64,000 bases of DNA from an uncultured delta proteobacterium (lineage in GTDB: Bacteria > Desulfobacterota > Binatia > Binatales > Binataceae), in NCBI GenBank assembly GCA_963808235.1, contig CAWEEQ010000004.1, positions 864,001 to 928,000 on the forward strand, written 5' to 3'. The translations under genes were made by a program, and so were the position numbers. Below are positions 40,153-49,266 of this stretch, piece by piece. Each line of letters starts with the position of its first letter. Position 1 is the first letter of the stretch. A model generated the notes under the pieces. That model had not been told where the DNA came from and ran no database searches. It was given only the letters and a program-made list of their open reading frames with translations.

Positions 40153-40992
40153 CTATCGCGAACTGCCCGCCATCAGCGCTCCGCGCAAAGACGGTCCCAG
40201 CGCGACGACGACGCAAACCGCCGGGATCATCATAAGCAGCGCGAGTGCGCTGGCAGGGCCGACGTTTCCGAAAACCGTGTAGTAGTAGAGCAGGGGAGGC
40301 AGCGTGCGATTGGTCTGCTGCACCAGCAAAGCAAATCCAAATTCATCCCAGCTCAGAATGAAGCAAAGTATCAATGCGGTCGCGATCGAAGCGCGGGCCA
40401 GGGGCAGATCGATTGTCAAAAAAATCCGCAACGGTGACGCACCGTCAATCCACGCGGCTTCTTCGATCTCCAGCGGAATCGCTGCGAATGACGCGTACAT
40501 TGTCAGCGCCGCGGTAGGTATCGCGATTGCCGCGTGAACAATAGCCAGTCCGATTCCGCTCCGAGAATCGTAAATCCCGAGAGTCGCCAGGATAATCCCG
40601 AGTGGAATCGCCACGGTGATCATGGGCAGAAGGCGAATACCAGATACCGTTGAAAACCCGACGCGCTGAGCGAGCGAGCTGCGTGACATCGCATGCGCGA
40701 GCATCGCGCCGAGTGAAGTTGCAATCGCGGCGGAGACAGCCGCGACGCCAAGGCTTCTCAGTATCGCGCTGCGAAGTTCGTTCACCTCGAACACGCTGAT
40801 GAAGTGAGAAAGCGTAAGATGACGCGGCATCCAATTCGGTGGCCATGCAAAGGTCTCGAGTTCGGGAGTCACGGATTGTTTGGCGAGAATGTAAAGCGGC
40901 AACACCGCCAGTCCTATTACAAATGCGTTCAGCGCAAAGCGCGCGGCTGTCAATCCGGCGTCCACGGTGTCAGCGTGAGATCGAGTGTTCAC
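40153..40992 (-). CDS. Sugar ABC transporter permease (MalG/SugB-like)
   Basis: EAA loop 'IEEAAWIDGAS', 'SWDEF'; GTG start overlaps the upstream stop. Confidence 0.9.
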   Translation of the reverse strand: MNTRSHADTVDAGLTAARFALNAFVIGLAVLPLYILAKQSVTPELETFAWPPNWMPRHLTLSHFISVFEVNELRSAILRSLGVAAVSAAIATSLGAMLAHAMSRSSLAQRVGFSTVSGIRLLPMITVAIPLGIILATLGIYDSRSGIGLAIVHAAIAIPTAALTMYASFAAIPLEIEEAAWIDGASPLRIFLTIDLPLARASIATALILCFILSWDEFGFALLVQQTNRTLPPLLYYYTVFGNVGPASALALLMMIPAVCVVVALGPSLRGALMAGSSR

Positions 40993-41840
40993 GCCAGCGC
41001 TCCATCGTCGCGCGAGAATCGGCGCGCGAACATCAGGCCGCCGAGGCCGATGATCGTGACCATCAGTGCAAGGATCATCGACGCGGCCATCGCTTCGTGC
41101 GGTTTTTGCGCATCGTCCCACAAGCTGTACGAGTAGGTAGATAGCACCGGAACTCCCTCTGGCCCAGTGAGGACGAGCACCGTTGAAAAAATTCTGAGCG
41201 CATCGATACCGCGTAGGATCAATGCCCCCACGATTGCCGGCGTCAGCATCGGGAGCGTCACGAACCTGAAAGTGGCGAGCGTTCCGGCACCGTCGAGACG
41301 CGCCGCCTCGTAGAGTTCGTCAGGGATCGTTTGCAGGCCGGCCATCAACATCAGCATCACGACTGGAGTCACGTGCCATGCGTCAACGATGATGACCGTG
41401 AGAATTGCAAGTGAGCTGCGCGGGCTCAGCCAGGGAAGCGCGTGCATCCCCGTCATCGCGATGGCGCCGTTCAGGTATCCACGCGGCATGAAGATATAGC
41501 GGGCGAGGGTAAGGATCACGATTTCGGGGATCGCGAACGGCAGAATTGCGGCGGTTTCGATCAGTGCTGAGCGCTGGCGGCGCGCCGTAAGCGTCAACGC
41601 CAGCGCCAGCCCAAGTACAAATTCAACGATCACACTTCCGAATGGTATGAGCAGGTTGTTTGCGAGCGAGCGCCAGAACATCGAATCGCCGAACAGAATC
41701 CGGTAGTTGCGAAGCGAAGGCCCGTTATGTTCGAAGGACAGAACCAGGCCATTCAACGCCGGTAGCAGGAGCATCGCGGTCATGAAGATACACGGGACGA
41801 CGACGAAGATCGTGCGAAGCCTCTTTGCGGCCGCATTCAC
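40989..41840 (-). CDS. Sugar ABC transporter permease (MalF/SugA-like)
   Basis: 'AGLQTIPDELYEAARLDGA', 'IDALRIF', 'LTGP'. Confidence 0.9.
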   Translation of the reverse strand: MNAAAKRLRTIFVVVPCIFMTAMLLLPALNGLVLSFEHNGPSLRNYRILFGDSMFWRSLANNLLIPFGSVIVEFVLGLALALTLTARRQRSALIETAAILPFAIPEIVILTLARYIFMPRGYLNGAIAMTGMHALPWLSPRSSLAILTVIIVDAWHVTPVVMLMLMAGLQTIPDELYEAARLDGAGTLATFRFVTLPMLTPAIVGALILRGIDALRIFSTVLVLTGPEGVPVLSTYSYSLWDDAQKPHEAMAASMILALMVTIIGLGGLMFARRFSRDDGALA

Positions 41841-43033
41841 AGTTCGGACCCTGAAGCCGGTTCGGCGCAATCGCATCGATCGGCGGCATTGATGATGTTT
41901 GCAGCGATCGCCGACGCCGGCGTCGTGTCATCGAAAAGCACGGCGCGAATCGTACGCCGCCACTGATCGCTTAGCTCGGCATAGCAATCGACCGTCGGAC
42001 GCGCCCGCACGAACGGACGCATCGCTACATAGCCGGCGTATAGCTGCGCGTCTTCGCTTCCGGGCGGCGGCGGCACGCTGCCGTACCACCCGAGCTCGCG
42101 GCTCAATTTCGCTTGTACGTCAGCGGTCAGCAGGTACTGAACGAATTCCGCAGCGAGCTTCGGATGTGGTGCGGAATTTGGAATCGCCAGATAACCACCG
42201 CCGAGTGGAGTTGCTCTGCCACCGGGCCCGGCTGGAATGAGCGAACTAAGATTCACGTTGGGCGCCAGCCCCTTCGCGTGGAGATAACCGATCGCAAACG
42301 GCCAATTGAAGTGAATCCAGACCGATCCGCGAGCCTGCGCCTCGAGTACCGACATCTCGCGGAAGACCGCCGACTCGTCGTTCAAGTCGGGCGCAAGTTG
42401 CCGGAGGAAGTCCAGCGCTTGCAGCGAGCCCGGCGAGTCCGGCGCACATTCGTTACCGCCGGCGGTCCAGACGAAGGGCATCACGTCGCAGATCGCGCCC
42501 TCGTAGCGAGCGCCTTTCAGCGCAAGCCTGCCGGGATGCTCGCGCGCGAAACGCGCCAGGTCATTCCAGGTCGCGGGTGGGTTTGGGACCTCGACGCGAT
42601 TATAAATCATCGCCTGCCACATCAGGCGGTGCGGAATAAAGTAGAGATTCCGATCGACGGTCGCCGCATTCCAGGCTTCGTTTGAAAATAACGCTCGCGC
42701 GGAGGGTGACACTACCGCGTCGAGAGGTTGTGCGTATCCGTGCGCCTCGCCAAGCATCGCAAGATCCAGTTCAACCAGATCGAGCGATCCGTGACTCGCT
42801 GCCTGCACCCGCATCGCTTGCAGTATGTCGGTGTAGGTCTGCGCGAGGATGTTGACATTTACGTGATGCTGCGATTCGAAATCGGCAACGAACGCTTCAT
42901 AGCGCGCGGCCTCATCTGGAAAGACGGCCAGCGCGATATTGAGTTGGTCTGATGCCGCAGGCGTATGGCAACCGGCAAATAGGATCGCCAGCAGCAGGGC
43001 GAGAGATTGTGTCGATATCCGCCGTAGATGCAT
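41837..43033 (-). CDS. Sugar (trehalose/maltose-type) ABC substrate-binding lipoprotein
   Basis: Lipobox FAGC, 'P.TW.DL', 'NWPFA', 'TPLGGGYLAIP'. Confidence 0.85.
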   Translation of the reverse strand: MHLRRISTQSLALLLAILFAGCHTPAASDQLNIALAVFPDEAARYEAFVADFESQHHVNVNILAQTYTDILQAMRVQAASHGSLDLVELDLAMLGEAHGYAQPLDAVVSPSARALFSNEAWNAATVDRNLYFIPHRLMWQAMIYNRVEVPNPPATWNDLARFAREHPGRLALKGARYEGAICDVMPFVWTAGGNECAPDSPGSLQALDFLRQLAPDLNDESAVFREMSVLEAQARGSVWIHFNWPFAIGYLHAKGLAPNVNLSSLIPAGPGGRATPLGGGYLAIPNSAPHPKLAAEFVQYLLTADVQAKLSRELGWYGSVPPPPGSEDAQLYAGYVAMRPFVRARPTVDCYAELSDQWRRTIRAVLFDDTTPASAIAANIINAADRCDCAEPASGSEL

Positions 43034-43055
43034 TGGCTCGCGCCAGTCCGATCGT

Positions 43056-44852
43056 TTACCGGCCAGAGCGATGAGCAGCAGGACCCTCAGCCTGCATCAG
43101 GTTGTGGGCCGTGTTGACGAGCGAGACGTGAGTAAAGGCTTGCGGAAAGTTTCCGAGCTGCCGCTTAAGAACGGGATCGTATTCCTCAGACAGCAGGCCA
43201 ACGTCATTGCGCAGCTCGAGCAGGCGCCCGAACAGATCGCGCGCCTCCTGATGACGGCCGGCGAGCGCAAAGTTATCGGCAAGCCAGAACGTGCACGGCA
43301 AGAACGCCCCTTCACCCGGCGGAAGGCCATCGACGCCCGTCTCGGTCGGGTATCTAAGCACCAGGCCACGATAGATCAGTTCGCGCTCGATTGCGCTGAC
43401 GGTTGAGATAACACGCGGATCCTTGGCGGGCAGAAAGCCGACCAGCGGAATCATCAGCAATGATGCGTCGAGAGACTTCGAACCGTAGTACTGGACGAAG
43501 GCGTTGCGCTCCGCATCGAAGCCACGGGTGCAAACGTCACGATGAATCTCGTCGCGGAGCGCAAGCCAACGGTCGAGAGGCCCGTCGCCAAAACCTTTAC
43601 GAATTTCCTTTATCGATCGATCGACCGCCACCCATGCCATCACTTTGGAGTGCGTGAAATGCCGGCGCGGCCCGCGCACCTCCCAGATTCCCTCGTCGGC
43701 TTCCTTCCAGCCCGATTCCAGGAAATCCATCAGCGCGGTCTGAAGCCGCCAGGCGTCCTCGTTGTGTTCAAGCTTGTACTTGCGCGCGACGTGCAGCGTA
43801 TCGATTACCTCGCCGTAAACGTCGAGCTGAAATTGTTCATGTGCCGCGTTACCAACGCGCACTGGAGCGCTCTTCTCGTAGCCAGTCAGCCACGGAAGCT
43901 CCAACTCAGTGAGCATTCGTTCGCCGGCGACTCCGTACATGATTTGAGTATCTTGCGGATGACCGGCTATCGCTCTGAGTAGCCATTCGCGCCACGCGCG
44001 CGCTTCATCTGTATAGCCAGAAATCAATAGTGCATACAGGGTAAAGGTCGAATCTCGAAGCCAGCAAAATCGATAGTCCCAATTGCGTGGACCGCCAAGA
44101 CTCTCGGGAAGGGAGGTGGTCGGCGCCGCAATGATGCCTCCGGTGGGTCTATAGCTTAGGGCCTTCAGGGTAATTAGAGATCGCACCACGGCGTCGCGCC
44201 ATTCGCCTTCGCAACTGCAACGGCCCGCCCAATCGCGCCACCGTTGTTCGGCCTCGGTGAGCATGCGGAGCGGATCTGCGTCGCCGGGTTCGTCTTCGTG
44301 CGAAGGATACCCGGTCAGCCTGAAGGTCACGGCTTGACCTTCACTGACTGTGAATTCGCCGACGGTAGTATAATCCTGGCTGACCAATGGAACCGCCGTT
44401 CGAAGCGCGAGCGCACTCGGCCCCGAGACCGCGCTGATTCCGTACTCTCGTTTTCGAACCCACGGCAGCGTCCGTCCGTAGTCGAAACGGAAAATTACTT
44501 CCGTTCGCATCGGTACCTGCCCGCGGACGCCGTTCACGATTCGAATCACATCGACCCGTTCGGGTCGCTCGGCCACTGGCATGAAGTCCACGACCGTCGC
44601 GACGCCGCTTTCAGTCTCGAACTCGGTTTCCAGTAGCAGCGTATGATCGCGATACCTTCGTCGGACTTGCTTAACGTCGCCCTGCGGCGCCAGGAGCCAG
44701 CGTCCGTTTTCGTTATTCCCGAGAAGCGATGCGAAGCACGCAGCCGAATCAAACCGGGGCATGCATAACCAGTCGATTGAGCCCGTCCGATCGACGAGCG
44801 CCGCCGTGCGAAGGTTTCCAATCAGAGCGTAGTCTTCGATCGGGCTGCTCAT
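43056..44852 (-). CDS. Glycoside hydrolase family 15 (trehalase/glucoamylase)
   Basis: 'IEDYALIG', 'GSIDWLC.PRFDS', 'AAPTTSLPE..GG.RNWDYR.CW.RD', 'LLSEEYD', 'GNFPQAFTH'; ATGA overlap with treZ. Confidence 0.93.
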   Translation of the reverse strand: MSSPIEDYALIGNLRTAALVDRTGSIDWLCMPRFDSAACFASLLGNNENGRWLLAPQGDVKQVRRRYRDHTLLLETEFETESGVATVVDFMPVAERPERVDVIRIVNGVRGQVPMRTEVIFRFDYGRTLPWVRKREYGISAVSGPSALALRTAVPLVSQDYTTVGEFTVSEGQAVTFRLTGYPSHEDEPGDADPLRMLTEAEQRWRDWAGRCSCEGEWRDAVVRSLITLKALSYRPTGGIIAAPTTSLPESLGGPRNWDYRFCWLRDSTFTLYALLISGYTDEARAWREWLLRAIAGHPQDTQIMYGVAGERMLTELELPWLTGYEKSAPVRVGNAAHEQFQLDVYGEVIDTLHVARKYKLEHNEDAWRLQTALMDFLESGWKEADEGIWEVRGPRRHFTHSKVMAWVAVDRSIKEIRKGFGDGPLDRWLALRDEIHRDVCTRGFDAERNAFVQYYGSKSLDASLLMIPLVGFLPAKDPRVISTVSAIERELIYRGLVLRYPTETGVDGLPPGEGAFLPCTFWLADNFALAGRHQEARDLFGRLLELRNDVGLLSEEYDPVLKRQLGNFPQAFTHVSLVNTAHNLMQAEGPAAHRSGR

Positions 44853-46615
44853 TGGAATGCCCCGCTTGATAGATCGCGATCCTTCGGCATCAGGATCGCG
44901 ACGCAGACAGGCGGCAGATCGATCGCGTCGTCGTCGATGCGGATCTCGGGATGGGAGGCGAGCGCAATGGCCAGTCGATTCGCGCGTCCGAGCGGTACGC
45001 GCTGTGCGATTGGCGCGAAGTTGCAAATCACTACGGAATCTCCGCGGTTGACGCGGATCCAGCGAGCGTCTTCGTTGAAACTTACCGCGTCGAGATCGAG
45101 CCGGCCGTTCTCGAAATCTCGCCCACATCGACGAAGCCGGATGAGTCGCCGATACCATTCGAAGATCTCGCGATGCGCTCCGCGCTCGCGTTCATCCCAA
45201 TCGAGCCTCGATCGCTCGAACGTCTGCGGAGCTTGAGGATCGGGAACTTTCGAAGTATCGGCGACGAAATGCGCGAATTCCGCGCGTCTGCCCTTTCGGA
45301 CGGAGTCCGCAAGCTGCGGATCCTGATGATCGGTGAAGTACTGGAACGGACTGGTCGCGTTCCACTCCTCGCCCTGAAACAACATCGGAACAAACGGCGC
45401 GGTCATCAGGAGTGCCGCCGCGATCTTGAGTTGATCGATCGTCACCAGATGCCCGAGCCGCTCACCCATCGCGCGATTGCCAACCTGATCGTGATTCTGG
45501 ATGAACGCGACAAATCGATGCGCTGAGAGTCCGGTCACCGGGGCGCCGTGCTTTCGACGGCGGCTCTTCGAGTAGGTGCCGTCATAGGCAAACGCGCGGG
45601 TGAGGGTTTTCCCGAGCTGCGCAATCGAACCAAAATCCGCCAGGTAGCCGGCGTTCTCGCCGGTCAGGATCGTATGCAGCGCGTGATGAAAGTCGTCGTT
45701 CCATTGCGCGTCGAGGCCGTAGCCACCTGCTTCTCGCGGTGTGACGATTCGCGGCAGGTTGAGATCGCTTTCCGCGATCACCACGAGATTGCGTCCGACC
45801 TGCGCTTCGAGCGCACGAACTTGCGCGCCAAGCTGTTCCAAAAAGTGAATCGCCGACAAATCGAAAATCGCGTGGACCGCATCGAGGCGCAGGCCGTCGA
45901 GGCGATAGTCGCGCAGCCACATCAACGCATTGTCGCAAAAAAATTGCCGGACCTGGTCGCTGTCGCGATCGTCGAGGTTGACGGCGGTGCCCCACGGGGT
46001 TCGATAGCGATCGGTAAAGTACGGACCAAATTTGCCAAGATAATTTCCCTCGGGCCCCAGGTGATTGTAGACGACGTCGAGAATCACGCCGAGCCCATGC
46101 CCATGCGCCGCATCGACGAAGCGTTTCAATCCGTCGGCGCCGCCGTACGAATGATGCGGCGCGTAAAGATAGACGCCGTCGTAACCCCATCCGCGCGAGC
46201 CTGAGAATTCACTCACCGGCATCAACTCGACGTGAGTGATGCCCAAATCCCGCAAGTAGTCCAGGCGCTCGGCGGCCGCATCAAACGTGCCCGCAGGCGT
46301 GAACGTTCCGATGTGTAATTCGTAGATGACCGCGGAAGATAATGGCGCTTGATGCCATCGTGCGTGACGCCATGCGAACGCAGAGTGATCGACGGGGCGC
46401 GACGCTCCGTGCACGCCATGCGGCTGGGATGGTGAGCGGGGATCCGGCAACGGCGGGCCTCCGTCGACGCTGAAGCAGTAGTCGGCGCGCGATAATTCGG
46501 GCCTCAACTCGGCGCGCCACCATCCGCGCTCGATTCGAACCATCTCGACGCGCTCATTTGCCGCTACTATCTCGACTCTCCCTGCCGACGGCGCCCACAC
46601 CATACGGCGATTCAC
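44849..46615 (-). CDS. treZ: Malto-oligosyltrehalose trehalohydrolase
   Basis: 'VWAP', 'IYELHIGTFT', 'WGYDGV', 'LRLDAVHAI', 'QNHDQVGNR', 'FQGEEW'. Confidence 0.95.
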   Translation of the reverse strand: MNRRMVWAPSAGRVEIVAANERVEMVRIERGWWRAELRPELSRADYCFSVDGGPPLPDPRSPSQPHGVHGASRPVDHSAFAWRHARWHQAPLSSAVIYELHIGTFTPAGTFDAAAERLDYLRDLGITHVELMPVSEFSGSRGWGYDGVYLYAPHHSYGGADGLKRFVDAAHGHGLGVILDVVYNHLGPEGNYLGKFGPYFTDRYRTPWGTAVNLDDRDSDQVRQFFCDNALMWLRDYRLDGLRLDAVHAIFDLSAIHFLEQLGAQVRALEAQVGRNLVVIAESDLNLPRIVTPREAGGYGLDAQWNDDFHHALHTILTGENAGYLADFGSIAQLGKTLTRAFAYDGTYSKSRRRKHGAPVTGLSAHRFVAFIQNHDQVGNRAMGERLGHLVTIDQLKIAAALLMTAPFVPMLFQGEEWNATSPFQYFTDHQDPQLADSVRKGRRAEFAHFVADTSKVPDPQAPQTFERSRLDWDERERGAHREIFEWYRRLIRLRRCGRDFENGRLDLDAVSFNEDARWIRVNRGDSVVICNFAPIAQRVPLGRANRLAIALASHPEIRIDDDAIDLPPVCVAILMPKDRDLSSGAFQ

Positions 46616-49266
46616 GGCGACATCCTCTCGCGCGCCAGCAATGCGACCGGAAATCGGCGCAGCAGGTCGGCGAGCCGCGACCGGCCACCGCGCAGTGCCT
46701 CGCCGGTCAGATGGTTCGTCCAGTCGCCAGTCGGCAGCTCGACTTCCGTGTCGCGCCAGTCGCCGCCGAGCTTCGCCACCAGTCGCGGCACGATCGTAAC
46801 TACCGAGTCCGCCCGCATGAATGCGACAACATGATCGCGACGGGTGCCGCGCACCTCGATCGGTTCGATGCCCGCCTGCGGGCCGAACCATTCCGGATGA
46901 CGCTTGCGGATTGCGAGTCCATTGCGGACGAGCCACAGCTTGGGCAGGCCGTCATCAATGCGCTCCATCACCTGTTCAGGGGTAGCATTCTTGAGCTCGG
47001 CGAGCAGGCGACGGGGCAGCTCGAAATCGGGCAGCCGGCGATTGTCGGGATCGACCAGCGCGAGGTTCCACAGCTCCGTGCCCTGGTAGAAATCGGGCAC
47101 GCCCGGTGCGGTGAGCTTTACCAGCGTCTGCGCCAGTGAATTTATCCGCCCCGGGTAAATCAGCGACCCGACAAATTGATTCAGCGCCTCGATGAAGTTC
47201 GAATCGTCGTAGATGCCCTCGATGAACTTCCGCACCGCGTCCTCATACGCCGGCACCGGGTCAGTCCACGAAGTATGGACCTTGGCTTCGCGCGCCGCCT
47301 TTTCGGCATAAGCGAGCAGCCGCGATTTTTCGATCGGCCATGCGCCGACAATCGATTGGTAGAGATGATATTCGAAATTTCGATCCGGCAGCTCGCCGCT
47401 GCGATGACGCTCGTTCTGCGCAGCCCATTGCGTTACCGCCCCGCGCCATCGCTCGGGCTCCTCTGAAAGAAGAAAGAGCCGTGCCCGCACATCTTCGCTG
47501 CGCTTGGCATCGTGCGTCAACGTCGCCAGCATCGTGCGCGGCCATTGACGATGCATTTTGCGGCACCAGGCGAGGAATTGGGCGGGGGTGACGCCAAAGC
47601 AGTCCGGATCGCCGCCGACTTCGTTGAGCGCGAGCATCCGGTTGAAGGAATAAAAAGCGGTGTCCTCGACGCCTTTCGCCATCACGGCAGCTGAAATCTG
47701 TTGAAATCGCAGGGCCAGCTCGGCGCCCATCTTGCCGCCGGTCTTGAGGGCCAGAATATCGCGCAGAAAATCGAACAGTCGCGCGTCAAGATCGGATCGA
47801 TATCCTTTGGCACCCTCAATCGCCGCTGAGATCTGGCAGTCGTCTTCAGGCGCAACTTCGTGCGGCTCGTGAACGTAGGTGCGGTAGACCGGCAGGCACG
47901 CCATCGCCGCCCGGACAACCTCGTGTGCTTCGTGGCGTGTGTAGTCGCGATGAAGGCGATCGGCTTCGCAAAGGTCCAGGAGCATTTGGGTCAGAGTGTT
48001 GATCTCGCTGCCCAGCGTATCGCGCATCGCGAATTGCTTGCGGGCGCGAAACAGCGCGACATAGTCGGCCGACTCGCCGGTGAACTCGCGATAAAAATCG
48101 GTCAAAGGCTGCGCGCCATCGGGATCGACAAACAATCGCCCCACGATGTTCATAAAGTCGTAGCCGGTGGTCCCCTCGATCGGCCACGATTCGCGAAGCC
48201 TCTCAGAGCCAAGAAGAATCTTCTCGGCCACGATCCAGGTATCCGGGCAGGCCGAGCGCAAGCGCTCAAAGTATTCCAGGGGGTCGCGCAATCCGTCTGG
48301 ATGATCGACCCTGAGTCCCGTCAGGCGTCCCCCGGCCACCAACTTCCTCACCAGCTGGTGGGTCGCTTCGAATACCGGTTGGTGCTCCATCCTTAGACCG
48401 ACCAGAGAATTGATATCGAAAAAGCGACGGTAGCCGAGATCCCGCGCCGCCATCCGCCAATACGCGATGCGATAGTTTTGTTGCTCCAGTAATTCGTGAA
48501 GAAGGTCAGGGTCGGCGTTCAGTTGCATCACAACTTCGTCGACGGCTCTCGCTACCGCCGGGTCCTCGCGCAACAGCTTTGCCAGCATTTCAGCCAGCAA
48601 CAGCATGTCGCGATGCCGCCGCGATTTGCTCTTGAGGTCGGTCGCATCCGGTGACGGCAGTGCGTCGAACCCGTCTGCGAGAAAGGCGAGCGCGGCGCTT
48701 CCGCACTTCACCGCCGCCGGCGCGAGAATCTGCCACAGCGACCGCGGCGCGACCGGGAACACTCCACCGCCGTTGCGCACCTCGAACTTGCCTGCGTCGC
48801 GAACCACCCTCAGTTTTCCAGCCTCGAGCAGGATGCCGTACTGATCTTCGAGCACCGGCATCAGAACCACGTTGTGGATGCGGCGTTCCGGCGGTTCCCA
48901 ATCGACGTCGAAGAACGTCGCGTACGCACTCGACGGCCCATTCTCAAGCACGTCCCACCACCACGGATTCTCGCGGTGGATCGCCATGTGGTTGGGCACG
49001 ATGTCGAGCATTTGACCCAACCCGGACCGATCGAGCGCATCGCACATTCGAAGGTATGCGCTCTCGCCGCCCAGCTCGCGGCTCAGCTTCGAGTGATCGA
49101 CTACATCGTAGCCATGCGCACTGCCCGGCGCGGCCTGGAAATATGGCGAGCAATACAGAGAGTCGATACCCAGTTCTTCCAGGTACGGGATGATCTCTGC
49201 CGCATCGTCGAAGCCGAAGTGGCTATTCAACTGGATGCGGTAAGTAGATAGCGGTTCATGCAACAC
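46612..49266 (-). CDS. treY: Malto-oligosyltrehalose synthase
   Basis: 'STYRIQL', 'DIVPNHM', 'YRRFFDIN', 'LRVDHPDGLRDP', 'EKIL', 'THD.KRSED', 'PGVPDFYQG'. Confidence 0.95.
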   Translation of the reverse strand: MLHEPLSTYRIQLNSHFGFDDAAEIIPYLEELGIDSLYCSPYFQAAPGSAHGYDVVDHSKLSRELGGESAYLRMCDALDRSGLGQMLDIVPNHMAIHRENPWWWDVLENGPSSAYATFFDVDWEPPERRIHNVVLMPVLEDQYGILLEAGKLRVVRDAGKFEVRNGGGVFPVAPRSLWQILAPAAVKCGSAALAFLADGFDALPSPDATDLKSKSRRHRDMLLLAEMLAKLLREDPAVARAVDEVVMQLNADPDLLHELLEQQNYRIAYWRMAARDLGYRRFFDINSLVGLRMEHQPVFEATHQLVRKLVAGGRLTGLRVDHPDGLRDPLEYFERLRSACPDTWIVAEKILLGSERLRESWPIEGTTGYDFMNIVGRLFVDPDGAQPLTDFYREFTGESADYVALFRARKQFAMRDTLGSEINTLTQMLLDLCEADRLHRDYTRHEAHEVVRAAMACLPVYRTYVHEPHEVAPEDDCQISAAIEGAKGYRSDLDARLFDFLRDILALKTGGKMGAELALRFQQISAAVMAKGVEDTAFYSFNRMLALNEVGGDPDCFGVTPAQFLAWCRKMHRQWPRTMLATLTHDAKRSEDVRARLFLLSEEPERWRGAVTQWAAQNERHRSGELPDRNFEYHLYQSIVGAWPIEKSRLLAYAEKAAREAKVHTSWTDPVPAYEDAVRKFIEGIYDDSNFIEALNQFVGSLIYPGRINSLAQTLVKLTAPGVPDFYQGTELWNLALVDPDNRRLPDFELPRRLLAELKNATPEQVMERIDDGLPKLWLVRNGLAIRKRHPEWFGPQAGIEPIEVRGTRRDHVVAFMRADSVVTIVPRLVAKLGGDWRDTEVELPTGDWTNHLTGEALRGGRSRLADLLRRFPVALLARERMSP